Source: Cycas panzhihuaensis (taxonomy: Eukaryota > Plantae > Cycadophyta). Taken from it: a DNA stretch of 64,000 nt. Location of the stretch: positions 192,517,741 through 192,581,740 of the forward strand of contig CM041465.1 of the NCBI GenBank assembly GCA_023213395.1, given 5' to 3'. The translations under genes and the position numbers were made by a program. Below, piece by piece: positions 13,296 through 27,100 of this stretch. A model generated the notes under the pieces. The model did not search any database and had not been told where the DNA came from. It was given only the letters and a program-made list of their open reading frames with translations. How positions within the stretch are numbered: the stretch's first letter is position 1; the number at the start of each line of letters is the position of its first letter.

Positions 13296-13500
13296 TTTTT
13301 CTTTCTTTCTTTTTTTTTTTTTTTTTTTTTTTTGAAATACATAAGAATATAGGCCAGATTTGAAGGCCTTGAATACAAAATTTTTGAGCATAAGAGAAAT
13401 ACATATCAAAAAATATATGTATAACTCAGAATATGCAAATACTTTTGAAAATAGAGTTTCTTCTAGCTTCCGGATAGCGAGAAGCACTCACTCAGCTAAT
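13296..13500 (-). other. Captured mRNA 3' UTR ending in a poly(A) tract
   Basis: 24 consecutive T at 13310-13333 (A on the element's sense strand), preceded on the minus strand by U-rich 3'-UTR-like sequence. Confidence 0.55.
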
Positions 13501-13890
13501 TAGCAGTTCTGCAACACTACGTCCTTGACATGCGAAGGAAGCGATCAAGCAGAATTGGATGCACAAAGAATTTGGTGGACTTTCACCTGCATGCAATATT
13601 ATTGTGGTACCACATGTGGAGAAGAGGTCCACCCGGCAAGATTGAGGCTTCAAATGACCACAAAACTTCAAAGCGGCTTGAAAGCGACCTCTCATCATCA
13701 CCAAAATAGCCCTTCAAAATTTGATATCAGTCCCATAACAAAATATGCATCAGATATAACTTGAAATGATCTTCAACTTGACGAAGTCACGAAGCGAACA
13801 CATCAAAAATTTACAAGACTTGAAAGCTCAAAAAACAGAAATGACATGTACTAGGACTTTCAAGAAAGGCCTCCAAGGGTTGAACCTTGG

Positions 13891-13902
13891 GCTCTGATAC
13901 CA
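13891..13902 (-). promoter_or_regulatory. Primer binding site (tRNA-iMet)
   Basis: gctctgatacca is the reverse complement of TGGTATCAGAGC and abuts the 5' LTR. Confidence 0.95.
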
Positions 13903-14181
13903 TGTTAGGATTAGTAATTTGACAAGCAAATCAAACCCTAATGGTGAGCAACAAAAGATGAAGTATGCACAGAATAGACACCATGTTGGAGAATTGGCCA
14001 AAACTCAATTATGAACAAGTAAGAGTACATACTTATAGTACAACCTCACCACTAGAGAAAGAACCCCATTGGACTACTTAGAGGTGGCACACATATCAAG
14101 GTGGCCCACAACTCTAATACAATATACAAAAGATAGAGAGAGTTTACATAGGGCTAATGGAATTGAGTATTACACCCAACA
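13903..14181 (-). repeat. 5' LTR of the cargo element
   Basis: 277/279 identical to 10583-10861. Confidence 0.95.
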
Positions 14182-15299
14182 TATGTTACCTCCTCGATGT
14201 AGTCATCTTCCTATTAGGTGTGATCAATAAGACCTTATTCCCTCTACTTTCAATACCTTATTATCTCCTAATATTATAATCTACCTATTTGCTTGCTTCC
14301 CACATGTGTCTAAACCATCCAATCTTGAATTCCATGTGTCTAAAATCCCTTAAATTAATGTACTAGATATCATATGCTCTTGGGCATGTTTATGAAGGTA
14401 CCATGAAGATTTTTTATCCCTTGTTAGTTGAGTTAGTTGATTAATTAGAAATGTGCCCTACCTATAATTTCTTCCCTATTTTTCTTGATATCCCTTCTTC
14501 TCTTGATCAACCTATCACTTCTTATAATCTCTCTTGAAATGGCCTAACTTATTACAATAATATCATAGCTTTGGTTACCCCTTTCGAGTAAACTATGCTA
14601 TCATTGAAACTCATTCTTCTTTCAAATGAAAGATTTCTTCCTCTTTGACTATAGTAGAAAAACATTAAAATATTCCTTAATAATTTTATGCTTCAATATT
14701 TGCTCATATTATAATAACAATATCTCTAACTTATTAAATGTGATATTTTTTATTTTCTCTGTAAGAAAAAATTCATCATAGAAATTTTCAACCTCTTTAA
14801 TTAACTCCTTAATACCACAATAATCATACCCTTATCATCCATAATCTTCTTATTATTCTCTAATTTATTTCTAATTCCTTTTACCATTTGGAGATGTTTA
14901 ACCATTTAACCCATCATCCTTTGACTATAAAGTTGATTCTTTAAAATCATAATCCTTGTATCACTTTTTTCTCAAAGATAGGCATGATAGTATCCCATGA
15001 TTCCTTAGGTGTATTCATCTTCTAACATTTTCCACTAGAGCTCCATTGATGGACATGTTTATTAAACCTAAGATGAAGTCACTTTTGCCCTCAAACTTTG
15101 CATTTTCATGAGAAGTGATTATCTTTTCATCTAGTATAGGTACCTTACCTTATAAAATTTACCACAAGCTATTCATGTGGAGTAAATTGGTCATCTAGTG
15201 CTTCTTAGTGCCCTAGCTTTTAGTACTAATTGATTTATTTATCTAGGAGTTAAACACGTTTCCACCTAGTATGTTTATTACCTAGGGGGTAAGCACTTC

Positions 15300-16915
15300 C
15301 TGAAGAATGAGGTTGGGGGGGGTTTCTGGATCCCCCATTTGGAATGCTCTCTTGTCCTCAAGACCTATCCTGAGCAATGACTTATGTTAGAAACCGGAGA
15401 ATGGTGAAAGTATAAGATTTTGGGAGGACAAATGGTGTGGCCCCTCCAAATTGGGTGAGTCACCATCTATTGGTAATCTGTAGAGGTGCAGTGAGGATTC
15501 ATATGGCCCACTTATCAAGCACTCGGGAAGGACAAGATAAGAATAGGAAATTGAGAAAGTTTGATGATCTGCGGGGTTTTGAGGAGGAGATTCGGATCAT
15601 TAAGGAGGTATTACACCAACAAGATATTCCTAAGAGGACTCCTCCGGATACCCTAATTTAGTCCTTTTACTTTCGGGTCTGCTCGGTTAAGGACATTTAT
15701 AATTCATGATGATGAGAGAAGGTTGGGCTAAGGGCGATATCTTTGGCGGGGGTTTGGAAATTGGGGCTTATACCAAAGATAGCTACTTTTTGGTGGCTAT
15801 GTCTACAAAATAAGCTTCTAACAATAAAGAACCTCCTAAAACATGGTTTTTATTTGGCGAATAGATGCAAGTTATGTAGGAGGGAGGTCGAGTTCTTAAA
15901 CCACCTCGGTATCCATTGCCCCTACTGGGGGATCTAGGGTGGCTTCGTCCAAACTGGGAATAATATGGGTTTCTTCTAAGTCTTTGAGGGATTAATGGCT
16001 AACATGAAAATCTCCATTCAAGAGTAAAATGCTAGGTAGGTTATGGAATCTAATTCTCCGGTAGGAACTTGGCATATATGGAAGGAGTGTAATAGGAGAA
16101 TTTTCTAAGGTAAAGAGTTAGGCGATTAGAGACTCTTTGATAAGATCGGAAGGGCATCTTAGAGATGTTAAAACCCTTAAAGGAGGGTAGGATTCTAAGG
16201 GGAAGACAACATCCTACATGATTAAGGTATCTATTACACGGCGGGAGGGAATGTAAAGAGGAGGAAAACTATTTGGACACCTCCACGAAGAAACACGGAT
16301 CAAAATTAATTTTGACGGTGCAACTAAAGGCAACCCTAGGGAGGCTGGGGCAAGAGGTCTGTGCAGGAATCATGTTGGGACGGTGAAGTGGGCATTTCAA
16401 TCGAATCATAAAATGGAGGTAAAGGCTATGCAAATGGCGGTAGCCATGGTGGATGAGGAGGAGGAACAGAAAGTGATTATAGAAGGTGACTCCCTGAATG
16501 TGATTAGGAGCTTAAAGGGAGAGATGAAGGTGGAATGGAGCATTGTGGATCTTATTAGGGATGCACAGGACGTCCTGAGCTCCAACCAGAGCGTTTAGAT
16601 ATAATAAACATACAGGGAAGGAAATGCGACGGCGACCTGGTTGGCAAATTGGGTAGTGTTAAATAACAGGAATAAGGTATGGAAAGAGAACTTCCCAGAT
16701 GAGCTATTGAGTCTGGTCAGGATAGACTTCTCTAGACTTAATGAGGGGATGGATAGGAGAGGGTGAGCGAGTGATTTTTGGATTGGTTAGGCCATGGGCT
16801 TATCATGGCCATCTCACTCTAATAGGTTGGCTTTTGATGTAAAAGGTTTAGGGACTGTTAAAACCCCTTCTAATATTATTTTACCTTACCAAAATAAATA
16901 AATAAATAAATAAAA
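15300..16915 (+). mobile_element. 5'-truncated plant L1 LINE (ORF2 C-terminus: zf-RVT plus RNase H), degenerate
   Basis: NGESIRFWEDKW; PKIATFWWLCLQNKLLT..NL.KHG...NRCKLC..E.E.LNHL.IHCP; IKINFDGATKGNP; EGDSLNVI; YREGNA. A-rich (AAAT)n tail at 16891-16915. Confidence 0.88.
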
Positions 16916-17365
<450 letters not shown>

Positions 17366-18754
17366 CACATAAAATTAGGTGTTAAATAGTCCTAATATAC
17401 TATATATTAATATTTTTATTATTTTTTAGTTATTTTAATATCTTTGATCACATACATACCATTAAAAAATAGAAAATAACATGGACACCATGTAGGAAGT
17501 TGGAAAATTCTTATGTGACCTCTACAAAATGATAAAGAATTACAAATTACAAATCCTAATGCTTTAAGAATTTTGACTAGGTTGTTATATAAGTTATAAA
17601 TGGCTTTAGTACCTTATGATCCCACGAGACCAAGTGGCGCTTATTTAGAGGTTAACTATTAGATTCAAAATAAGAATAACATATAATTTAATGTATTGGA
17701 CTATAGGAAATTGAAAAATAAATTTTATCAAATGTTTTGAATGGTGAATATTCAGGCAATTCTTTTTATGTTTTCAAAATTTTGGTGAACTTTATACAAC
17801 TTTTGAATTTATGATTTGTCTCTTTAAATCATATCAACTACCATGGATACTCAAATTCTTTTCCTCATCTTTGAATTTTAAGATTTATGTGGTTTATTTA
17901 GCCTTTAATCTTTATTTAGCTTTGAACTTTTTATTTGCATATTGCTAATCATGTTATTAATATGCAACATTTAACACTTCTCATAACTTAATATTTGGTG
18001 TTTCAACACATGAATCTACATTTGATCTTTAGTAATGATCTTGATCTTCATGGATCTAACATCTCATTACAACCCATGAACTAACACAATCAACTCATAT
18101 TTTGGGCCCTATTGTTGATAAATTTAACTTTGAAATATTTGTGTCCTACCATAGATTCATTCCCTAGTGTTGATCTTTATTTATTTTCTTGAGCTTATAA
18201 ATTTATTGGGTGTTTATCTAATAATGCCCAATAAGTCTTCAAATGATCTAGCATTTTACATCTTTAAATATTCTTAGAGTTGGTATAATAACTTGGATTT
18301 ATTTATGACTTTGAAAACCCTATAATGAATTAAAAATGACCCATAAACCATAATTCCTTCTTTGAAAAATTTGAGAAAGATTCATAAACCCTACTCATAA
18401 ATGATAAAATAAAGTTTGGCATTGTGGCTTAAATTAACAGCATAACAAAGCCCTAACCCACAAAGTCATTCAATAAGAAAATAGAGTATAATTCCTCTTC
18501 ATCATAATAATTTTATATTAAAAAATATATATCTATAAAATAAACAAGATACCTCAAAAACTTCTCTAAAATCATTAAAAGGCCCTCTGATTACTTCCAA
18601 TAACCACCATAATTCTCCACTAAACTATTAATTTAAAAAATAAATTTCTCTTAATACTTATCACCATAATATACCTAGCTAAAAAAATTAATTGAATTTG
18701 CTTGCACCTCACATCCCTTTCAAAATTACCTCCTTTCACCGCTTTAATATGAAA

Positions 18755-19522
18755 TATAAGAAACTTCACTAGATTGAAAATGCAAAGAAACCAAATTTAT
18801 CAAGTAGAATTAGTGTTGAGACCTTGTCTTCTATTTTGCAACTAGTTACAGGAATCAAAACCGAAATTTAACATGCAAGTTCTTAAACCGGAGGTAATAC
18901 AATAAAATAAATTAGAAAGCCAAAGCATCATATATACACCTAATATAATATAGTAAAACCTTAGCGGGGTTCAAGGAAAACATCCACACAGGAAAGGTAT
19001 CGATCTTTATTATCAAAGAATAGAGAAATATACATAATTTGTAGTAGAATGCTTACAACAACAATAACCACCCAACTCTTCACAAGACATCTAATACATC
19101 GAACACCATCAACATAATGAAAAAAGCACCTTAAATTAGGATACATAAGAGAGTCATACAAGACATAAATCTCGACCATAGAATTAAAGGTATTTTGTGA
19201 GCGACCTTGATTCTATTTACAATTTAGTATGTTTTTCAATGCTAGCTTTTTGTGTCGGGAGCTATCACCCTCGAACCCTCTTCTTGGGAGATTCCATCCC
19301 TTGCACTCGCCAAAGGGGCTCTTGCCCCCTTGGAATATCCCAAGAATGTTTGGAGGAGAAACTACCATACCAACCTGTCAAAATTTTAGCCTCCAAAATA
19401 TTATTGTCATATCATCTAACAATTAGTCTACTTTCAAATTTTTTATTTATTCAAAATACTTGATAATTATATACAAGCTTATAGGTTATTTATGGATTCT
19501 TGATCCCAAGTTATATATAGTG

Positions 19523-19566
<44 letters not shown>

Positions 19567-19718
19567 CTTGGGATCAAGAATTCTTCATAAATAACCTATA
19601 ACTACCTTAACACTTAGCACCATATTTGATGATGATCTTACAACTCACCAATTATTCTAATGACTCACCATCAATTGCTAGGACCTATAACTTAATAATG
19701 TAAATATTAATTCTAATA
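18755..19718 (-). repeat. Copia LTR (probable 5' LTR, with decayed PBS at 18741-18752), interrupted by a solo LTR and an AT-centred palindrome
   Basis: After removing 18814-19421 it aligns with LTR 48042-48318 (ccaaatttatcaagtagaatt(a/g)gtctac; taacttaataatgtaaa(c/t)attaatt). gctttaatatga resembles decayed gctctgatacca. Confidence 0.75.
18814..19421. mobile_element. Solo LTR (608 bp)
   Basis: TGTTGAGA...TCTAACA flanked by a perfect 5-bp TSD ATTAG (18809-18813, 19422-19426). The empty site is visible in the paralogous LTR at ~48090-48110. Confidence 0.9.
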
Positions 19719-21489
19719 CGAATATTCCTCTTCAAGAGAAGAAAGACTCTAAAAATAGTACCCCTTTTTTAAGAAGAGAAGAGAAATAATAACTCCAAAA
19801 GTTATATATTTTAAATGATCTATTTAGTGTTTATATATAGGTGTGCATCTAAATCATTAATTATTTTAAGCTAAGGTTGGATTCAAAATAATTAATAGTC
19901 TAAGTTAAAATTAGCCTTTAATAATTTATATTTTAAACTACAAATTTGAAACCGATTTAACTTTATTATATACTATATATTTAGAGTTGACAACCACTCA
20001 TTTTAAAGCCAATAATAATTTCTACACTATGGTCCATGCTTTACATTTTAATTTCCTTTATTTTAAGAATATAATTACAAAATAATAAATATGTCCTTAT
20101 CTTTAAAAGTTCCTTAATCTACTAAGAGGGATATTCACATAATAATTCCTACCTCTTAATATGCTTTACCCTCAAAGCATGAGTATAAGTGGATGATATC
20201 ACTACTATGTCTCATCTTTCACTTAATGCCGTGTATATATTTAAGAGTTGGCCTTAGTTGGTCAACTTGGTTATAAGCCAATCCTTTATAATTAAATAAA
20301 GTACAATAATTCCCTACATCTTGATATGCTTCACCCTTAAAATATTTTTAAAATTAATTTTCAATGAATGCCATAGATTATATCTTAAGGGTTCTAATAA
20401 TTTAATGATAAAGTACTTACTAGTCCTTCTTATGCTAATTCTATTATACACTATAATTTTATGTCTTTGTTATACCTTAATAATAAAATATACTTATCAT
20501 TTACTACCTATATCCATGATGGAGTAACCTCTACTATGGAAAGTCTAATATCCATCTCCTTTAAGTCTTACATTTTAACACTATAAAACTTATCTCATAT
20601 TAAAATAGTACATCTTATATTTGATAGATTCTTCTTAGGGTCTCTTAAGGTCAAATCTAGCACTTATACATTTGAGCTATGGAATAGTAGCAATTAGCAT
20701 CTAACAAGATATGGTAAGTGCGGGAAAGCAACCCAACAAGCATCGAGCATAGGAACATATGGTATTTAAGTAGAAATACCTAAAAAGCTTCTCAAGAAAT
20801 GCATAACAAAGTGGATTACAAAATAAAAATGTATAACGATCATTCTATAATAAGAACCATGAGGAATATATAATGTAGAATGGAAGGAATATAACAAAAG
20901 ATAAATATACATATAGATTAGCAAAGTATAATTAATGAATAGTTAATGTAATTATTATGAAAGGCCATATATTATATAAAATATACAATTATGAATATTG
21001 ATTATAATTATTCCCCAAAAGGCGTGTAAAGGGTATTTATTGGTTAATTCTCACCATTTTAAATATGAGAGGTATCTTATTTGATTAGAGTCATTCTCTC
21101 TAGTATGGAGAAATAAATAATTGAGTTTTATATCATGTTCTCAATGATGTGAGAGTCAAGTTAGTAAGTTCTATGGCCTATTTTCTAGTATAGAAGTTAT
21201 TGTATTGTAATATTGATGATATTCTAGCAAGAAAAATCCATATGGTGATGTATAAGTGATCTAAACATTGATATTACTTAATATAATTAAAAAGTTATAT
21301 GGAAATTATATATTATGTGTTGATTTTAATTATATATGATGCTATAATGGATGATAATATTGTGTTATTACTTTGATATACTATGGACTTATATGGCATG
21401 TGTATGTTAAGTGGCCTATATGTTGATATAATTCCTAATTAGACTATCAAAAGTGATCGTTAATGAGTATAGCTTTTAAGGGGAAAATG

Positions 21490-23070
21490 TAGAGTTGACA
21501 TTAGTTTTATTATCAAAGTCTACTAGTGGGGAAGAAGATCTAGTGTTTTCAATTAATGTCCAAAGACTAATACACCTACTTGCCGATATAATAATAGGTT
21601 ATAACTAAGCCTCAATGGTCAATGGACCTTCCAATGCCATCAAAATGACCTTCAAAGTGAGTGATCTACCTAAATAGCCTTCACTCATGGGAATCTTGGA
21701 ATCTACTAGATAAAGTGCCATAAGATGAGCAAATGAGAAGAAATTAAGAAGGGTAAGGAGATTACGTTTTAATAAGAATAAAAGATTAACAGACATTCTC
21801 TCAAAAGTATAAGGTAAGTGGTACCAAGACACCTCAAGAATAGGGAAATGAAGGATATGGAGAGCTAATGGCGATAACACTTACTTCATTGGAATCGACA
21901 TGCCTAAGCTAAAAAAAAAGGAGATTCCAAAAGAAGAAGAAGATTTGAAGGAAGAAAACAATACTTTAGAGGAGGAACAAGAAATTCTAAGTAAGGAGGA
22001 AGGATTAAGTGTGGACTCTAGTTTGGAGGACTTAAGTTATCACGAGGAGAAGATAAATGAAGGTCCTCTACATATTAAAAAATTATCTAACAAGGTAATT
22101 GTTTAAGGATATGTCAAATAAGGGATCTAAGTAATCATTCTTAATTACAACATCATCGATAATACATATACTAGGGTATCCATCGTTATTCATCTAAGGA
22201 CACCCTTTAAGAACTAGTTGTTTAAAAAGGGAGTAGTGGGAAGGAAATCCTATTAAGGATACCTCTAAATAGTGTAGTAATAAAAGAGTTTACACCTCCA
22301 AAGGGCAAGTTATCTCACCTATACTTTCACAAGAAGGAAGAAAACCACCGAGTAATCTAAAGATTGGAGATTTTAAGGAATTTATGAGACTCATCTTTGA
22401 AGATACAATTGATGCAAGTGAAAATATTTACCTATTTTAGAATTTCGTAAATATAAAAAGATTACGAGATAAAGATGAGATTAAAGTGAGATTCACCTAC
22501 TCTTAGTGGGATGTTAACTTTTCATGGTATAGACCTAGCTAAGATATAGGAGAAGATTAAGAAGGAATTTGAGGAGAGATTGGAAAAGTTTAAAAGGAAT
22601 AAGGTAATATAGTTATCTCTAAAAGAAATAAAACAAAGACTAGGAGAATTGGTATTGAAATATATAAATTGAATAAATATCAAAGTTGTAAATATGACAA
22701 ATAGAGAAAAGATTATAAATTATAATATGAGGAGTTATTTTATTAACAGGTTTAGTTTAAAATTAAGGACTATAATGATAACCCATCCCTAAAATCCTTC
22801 TAACATACACAAGAGTTGGCATTGGACTTCAAGAAGGAAATAGATACCTAAAAGGCAAGCCATGACCCCTTGTTAATTAGATTATAAGAGGAAATCTAGG
22901 AATTGAGAAACAAAAATATAAATAAACTTTATTATCAAGTGACAAAAATAGAGGAGACCTTAGAAGTAGTAGCCCTAGAAAAGGAAGTTACAAGATTAAA
23001 ATTAGAAGGGTAGAAACCTCAAGATAATGAGGAGGAGAAGAATAAGAAATACGAGGGTGAAGAACCCTAA
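21490..23070 (+). mobile_element. Highly decayed Gypsy-like gag region
   Basis: Purine-rich coding-like strand; D..K.RF..L...WY gag-like relic at ~22460-22530; many stops. Boundaries uncertain. Confidence 0.4.
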
Positions 23071-23239
23071 GTGAATAATATTCCTTATTTAACTTCCTTA
23101 CCTTAAGTCTCTCGAATATAGTGGTGTTATATCTTGATATGCTTATTTTGAGTATGAAACTTAGGACTCTTCAACAACTAAATAATAATTTAATTATTAA
23201 TGAAGATAGTCATTACACTATTTCAAATATCAAGAATGT

Positions 23240-23600
23240 CTAACATTCCCTTTAATTGGACTACTTCATGAGCACCCATTGAGAGTGCTTAGTACTTTAT
23301 AAACTTTTCACATCCTTCTTTAATGGAACTAGGAGATTATACTATGTAAATTTCCTCCTTTAGTTCTTCATTAAAGAATGTGAACTTCACATCTATTTGA
23401 TGTATCTCTTCAAATTTGGCTATAATTAAAAGGATTAATATTACTATAGTTATCTTTGAGGTAGGTGCAAATGTCTCATAATAATTTATCCCTTCTTTTT
23501 GTTTTAAACTATAATGTTCCTATTCCTTGTCCTAATCAACTTCATTTATGTTAATTTACTTCTTATTTTATTTGGTCTCATTTATGGTATTTTACTTTTA
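23240..23600 (-). mobile_element. Copia RT fragment
   Basis: Minus strand reads EIHQIDVKFTFFNEELKEEIYI, resembling LHQMDVKTAFLNGELEEEIY. Confidence 0.75.
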
Positions 23601-24189
23601 TTTCAAGTCAACTTAGGATCTTTTCTGGTTGACCTCTATGTGTATTTTTGGATGACTTCTATCCCTATCTTTTGAGTTCCTTAAGCTCAATATCACCACC
23701 TATTTATAGGGACCCTTAGCCTCTTCACGGGATCATCAATGTGGATTGTGGCTACTACATTTTTGGCCTTTAAGGTTGTAGTTTTTAGAGGGAACCTTGC
23801 CTCAAAGAGGAAGCTAAGCATTAGGTACTTATTTTTAAGTTATGTTGATTTTTTATTATATTTCAAAGCATTATTGAGTTTATATTCAAAGGGATCATAT
23901 TAGATCTCTTGTATATTACCATTTATTAGATAAAACTTTCACTTTATTAGTGGTTTTCCTATGTTTTCTTCTATTTTCTATTGGCAGTCCCATTTCAAGT
24001 GCTACCAGGGCTTCATTCTGAAGCCATCTTAAGGGTAATTTTTATTTTAAAAAAAAGAAAAAAATTCAAGGACATTTTAAATCTTTCCTCCCCCTCCCCC
24101 TACCATAGTTTTTCTCTTTTTTCCTAAATAGAATTAAGATCAAGAAAGACTCTCTAATAAAATAAAATGGTAAACACTCAATCAATCTC

Positions 24190-27100
24190 AATAGAAAATG
24201 TAGATAAGAGGGTTAATCAATTAACTTATAAGATAGCCATCCTATCCATGCATTTTAAAAATAACCTCTAAAAACTTAATACTTTATTAGAAAATATAAA
24301 TAAGAGACTAAACTTTACTAAAGAGGAAGGAGGATCTTCAAGAGATGATAGGTTTTAGGAACAAGAGGACTAGAGGGAATTCAATAAAATATTTCATAAA
24401 CCCAAAGGTCTAAGGGATCACCAACATATAAATCTAAGGGATTTCAAACATAGATATGGTCCCAAAGAAACACAATTATTTTTGAAAAAAATTGACCCTA
24501 ATAAATTAAGGGACATCAATAGTTGGTTACTTTAAATGGAAGCCTACTTCTAGGCACATGTCTTACCTAATAATGAGAAACTTCTATCGGCTTCCCTTCA
24601 TATATATGGGAAGACACTTTAATGGTTTAATTAGTGGAAAAATTCCTAACAAAAACACAAATGATTTAGACTCCTAAAAGGAGCATTAATAGAGCACTAT
24701 GAAGAAACTTAAAACATAGACTACTTTACTTAAATCACTCAATCACAACATATATACTCAATTTAAGCATACACAAAGTTATTTCAAAATTTGCAAACCT
24801 TAATTCCCATTACCCTTTGAAGAAACCTTATTATCAAAACTTATGTTGGGGGGCTTAAAAGGAAATATCAAATACTACATTAAGACATTAGGGGTAGCCA
24901 ACATAAGGGAGGCTATTCACCTTATAAGAAACATCAAAGCGAGAATATAGGAGACCAAAACCAATTATACTTGATAGAACATATCAAAATTCTATAAAAA
25001 CCCTAACTCCCAACCCAACTAGACTAGATCAAGCATAAAAGTTGAGCCTCTCTTGGGGAAACAAGGTAGTAGAAAATAATAAACGTATTTAGAGAAGACC
25101 ATATAAGGTAGGGAACCTATTTAAAGTATGAGGAAAATGGATCTAAGATTATTAATGGCCCTTTAGAAAGGAATTTATGATCAATAACAAAGATATGGGC
25201 ATCCTAATATAAGAAGAAGAAGAGGAATATCTAGATAAACATGATGAGATAGAGTCAAGACCTTCCTATTATAGATAATGATCATGTATAAATACCTCTA
25301 TGAACCATCACGGTGAAGCCACCACTTCCTAAACCCTATGATTTTAAGGGAAAATTAAGGGATCCCTTGTAGCCATCTCATAGAGAGCAAGAATACCCAT
25401 AATTTCATCAATAAGTCCACAACTAAAAATTAGGCCTACAAATTCAAATATTAATTACTTTCCAAGTCATAATTACAAATGAAAAAATAATGAATTGTTA
25501 AGGGTTTTATCTAAAAGTAAACTTGTAAATTAAGAATTATGTAATAACCTATGTATTTGCTATGTTGATAGGAGGAGTTGATGTAGTATTCATTATACAT
25601 TAGGATTTATCACCACCAATTATAAAACCCAGTACATGAGTTTTAAATAAAAGGTCATACATATCATTTACATACACCATCCACACCTCCCACCTAATTA
25701 GTAACCTCACACCAAGTGAAGAAGATCTTAAGAAAGAACCTTGGTGTATATATAATGACATGTTATAAGGTTGTAATAAAAGATGTGCCAATGAAAGTAT
25801 AAACCAACATGGACCAATACAATAGGGTTTTTAAAGAACCATAGGGCTTGCCTCTAAATCAACGTTGACAACATCCTATTAAGTTAGTATCAACAACAAT
25901 GCTAATCAATATTTATCCTTACCACCATCCATATTATCTTAGGAGGGATCTTGAACAAATTACTAAGGAACTATTATAGAAAAACTACATCTTGAATAAT
26001 ACCAATTCTTTTATATCACCAATAATATTAAGTCATAAAAAGGATGGTTCCTACTATATGCACATCAACTATCGAGGATTGAATAAAGATACAATCAAGA
26101 ATTATTATCTTAAACCTCAAATTAATAATCTACTAGATGAAATACACAAAATAAGATATTTTTAAAGCTTGACCTCCAATTAAGATATTGCCAAATCCAG
26201 TATCAAGGAAGAAGATATATACAAAATAAATTTTTATCCATATAAAGGTTTATTTGAATTTAGGATTATGTTGTTGAGCTTAACTAATGCCCTAGCAACC
26301 TTTCAAAGTATGATGAATATAATATTCAAACCTATTCTATATAATCTAGTGTTTATTTTTCTCAATGATATCCTAATATATAGCTCAACATGGGAGGAAC
26401 ATTTGGAGCATATATGATTCGTTCTATAGATTCTTCAAGAGAACTAATTCTTTACGAACAAAAGCAGATATATGTTTGAGAATACTAAATTAGAATATCT
26501 TGGATACATCATCAGTCAAGAAAGCATTAAGAAAGACCCCAAAATGATCCAAGCTATAATAAATTAGCCCATATGTAAGAATGTGATTGGAGTATAGAGT
26601 GTTTTAGGAGTAACTGGATTTCTCTAAAAAATTATAAAAGGATACACCAATATCACATCCTATTTAATATACCTCATAAAAAGGAATGCTTTTCTATGGA
26701 ATTCTACAATAGAAGACACTTTTCAAGAGTTAAAAATAGCAACTCATAGCTTTGGTTCTAGTAACTCTAGATTTTTATCGACCTTTCACATTAGAATATT
26801 ATGCATTAGGAATAGGAATAGGAATATGAATAGTCCTCCTATAGAAGGATTGACCACTTACTTATAAGAGCCATAAACTCAATACCACGAATAAATTTAA
26901 CTCATATATGATAAAGAAATACTTACAGTCATGCATACCTTACACTAATAGCATTAGTATCTATTAGAGAATAGTTTTATAGTCAAAAGAGACTATGATA
27001 GCCTCAAATATTTCCTTAACTAGAAGACATTATCTAATAAGTAACAAAAATAGGTGAGTAAACTCCGGATATTTGATTTTAGGATTTTGTATAAAAGGGG

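Larger units (their letters stand above)
10583..14181 (-). mobile_element. Young non-autonomous Copia-derived LTR retrotransposon carrying host-gene cargo
   Basis: LTRs 10583-10861 and 13903-14181 (279 bp, TG..CA, 2 mismatches). TSD TATGT at 10578-10582 and 14182-14186. PBS and PPT present. No gag/pol ORF in the 3.04-kb interior. Confidence 0.95.
9061..15230 (-). mobile_element. Degenerate Ty1/Copia gag-PR-IN to RT start, interrupted by the element at 10583-14181
   Basis: Minus-strand relics: KW..I..EI.TM..NNTW (RT start, ~9070-9150), integrase core (~9600-10200), LWHERMGHL (~10345-10375), protease-like region (~14230-14410), YYCNKLGH zinc knuckle (~14540-14570). Confidence 0.8.

Noticed and set aside
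19719-19723. TSD for the large Copia (cgaat versus ctatt at 48037-48041)
   Set aside because: Only 3 of 5 bases match and they come from different duplicate units; too weak to use as evidence.
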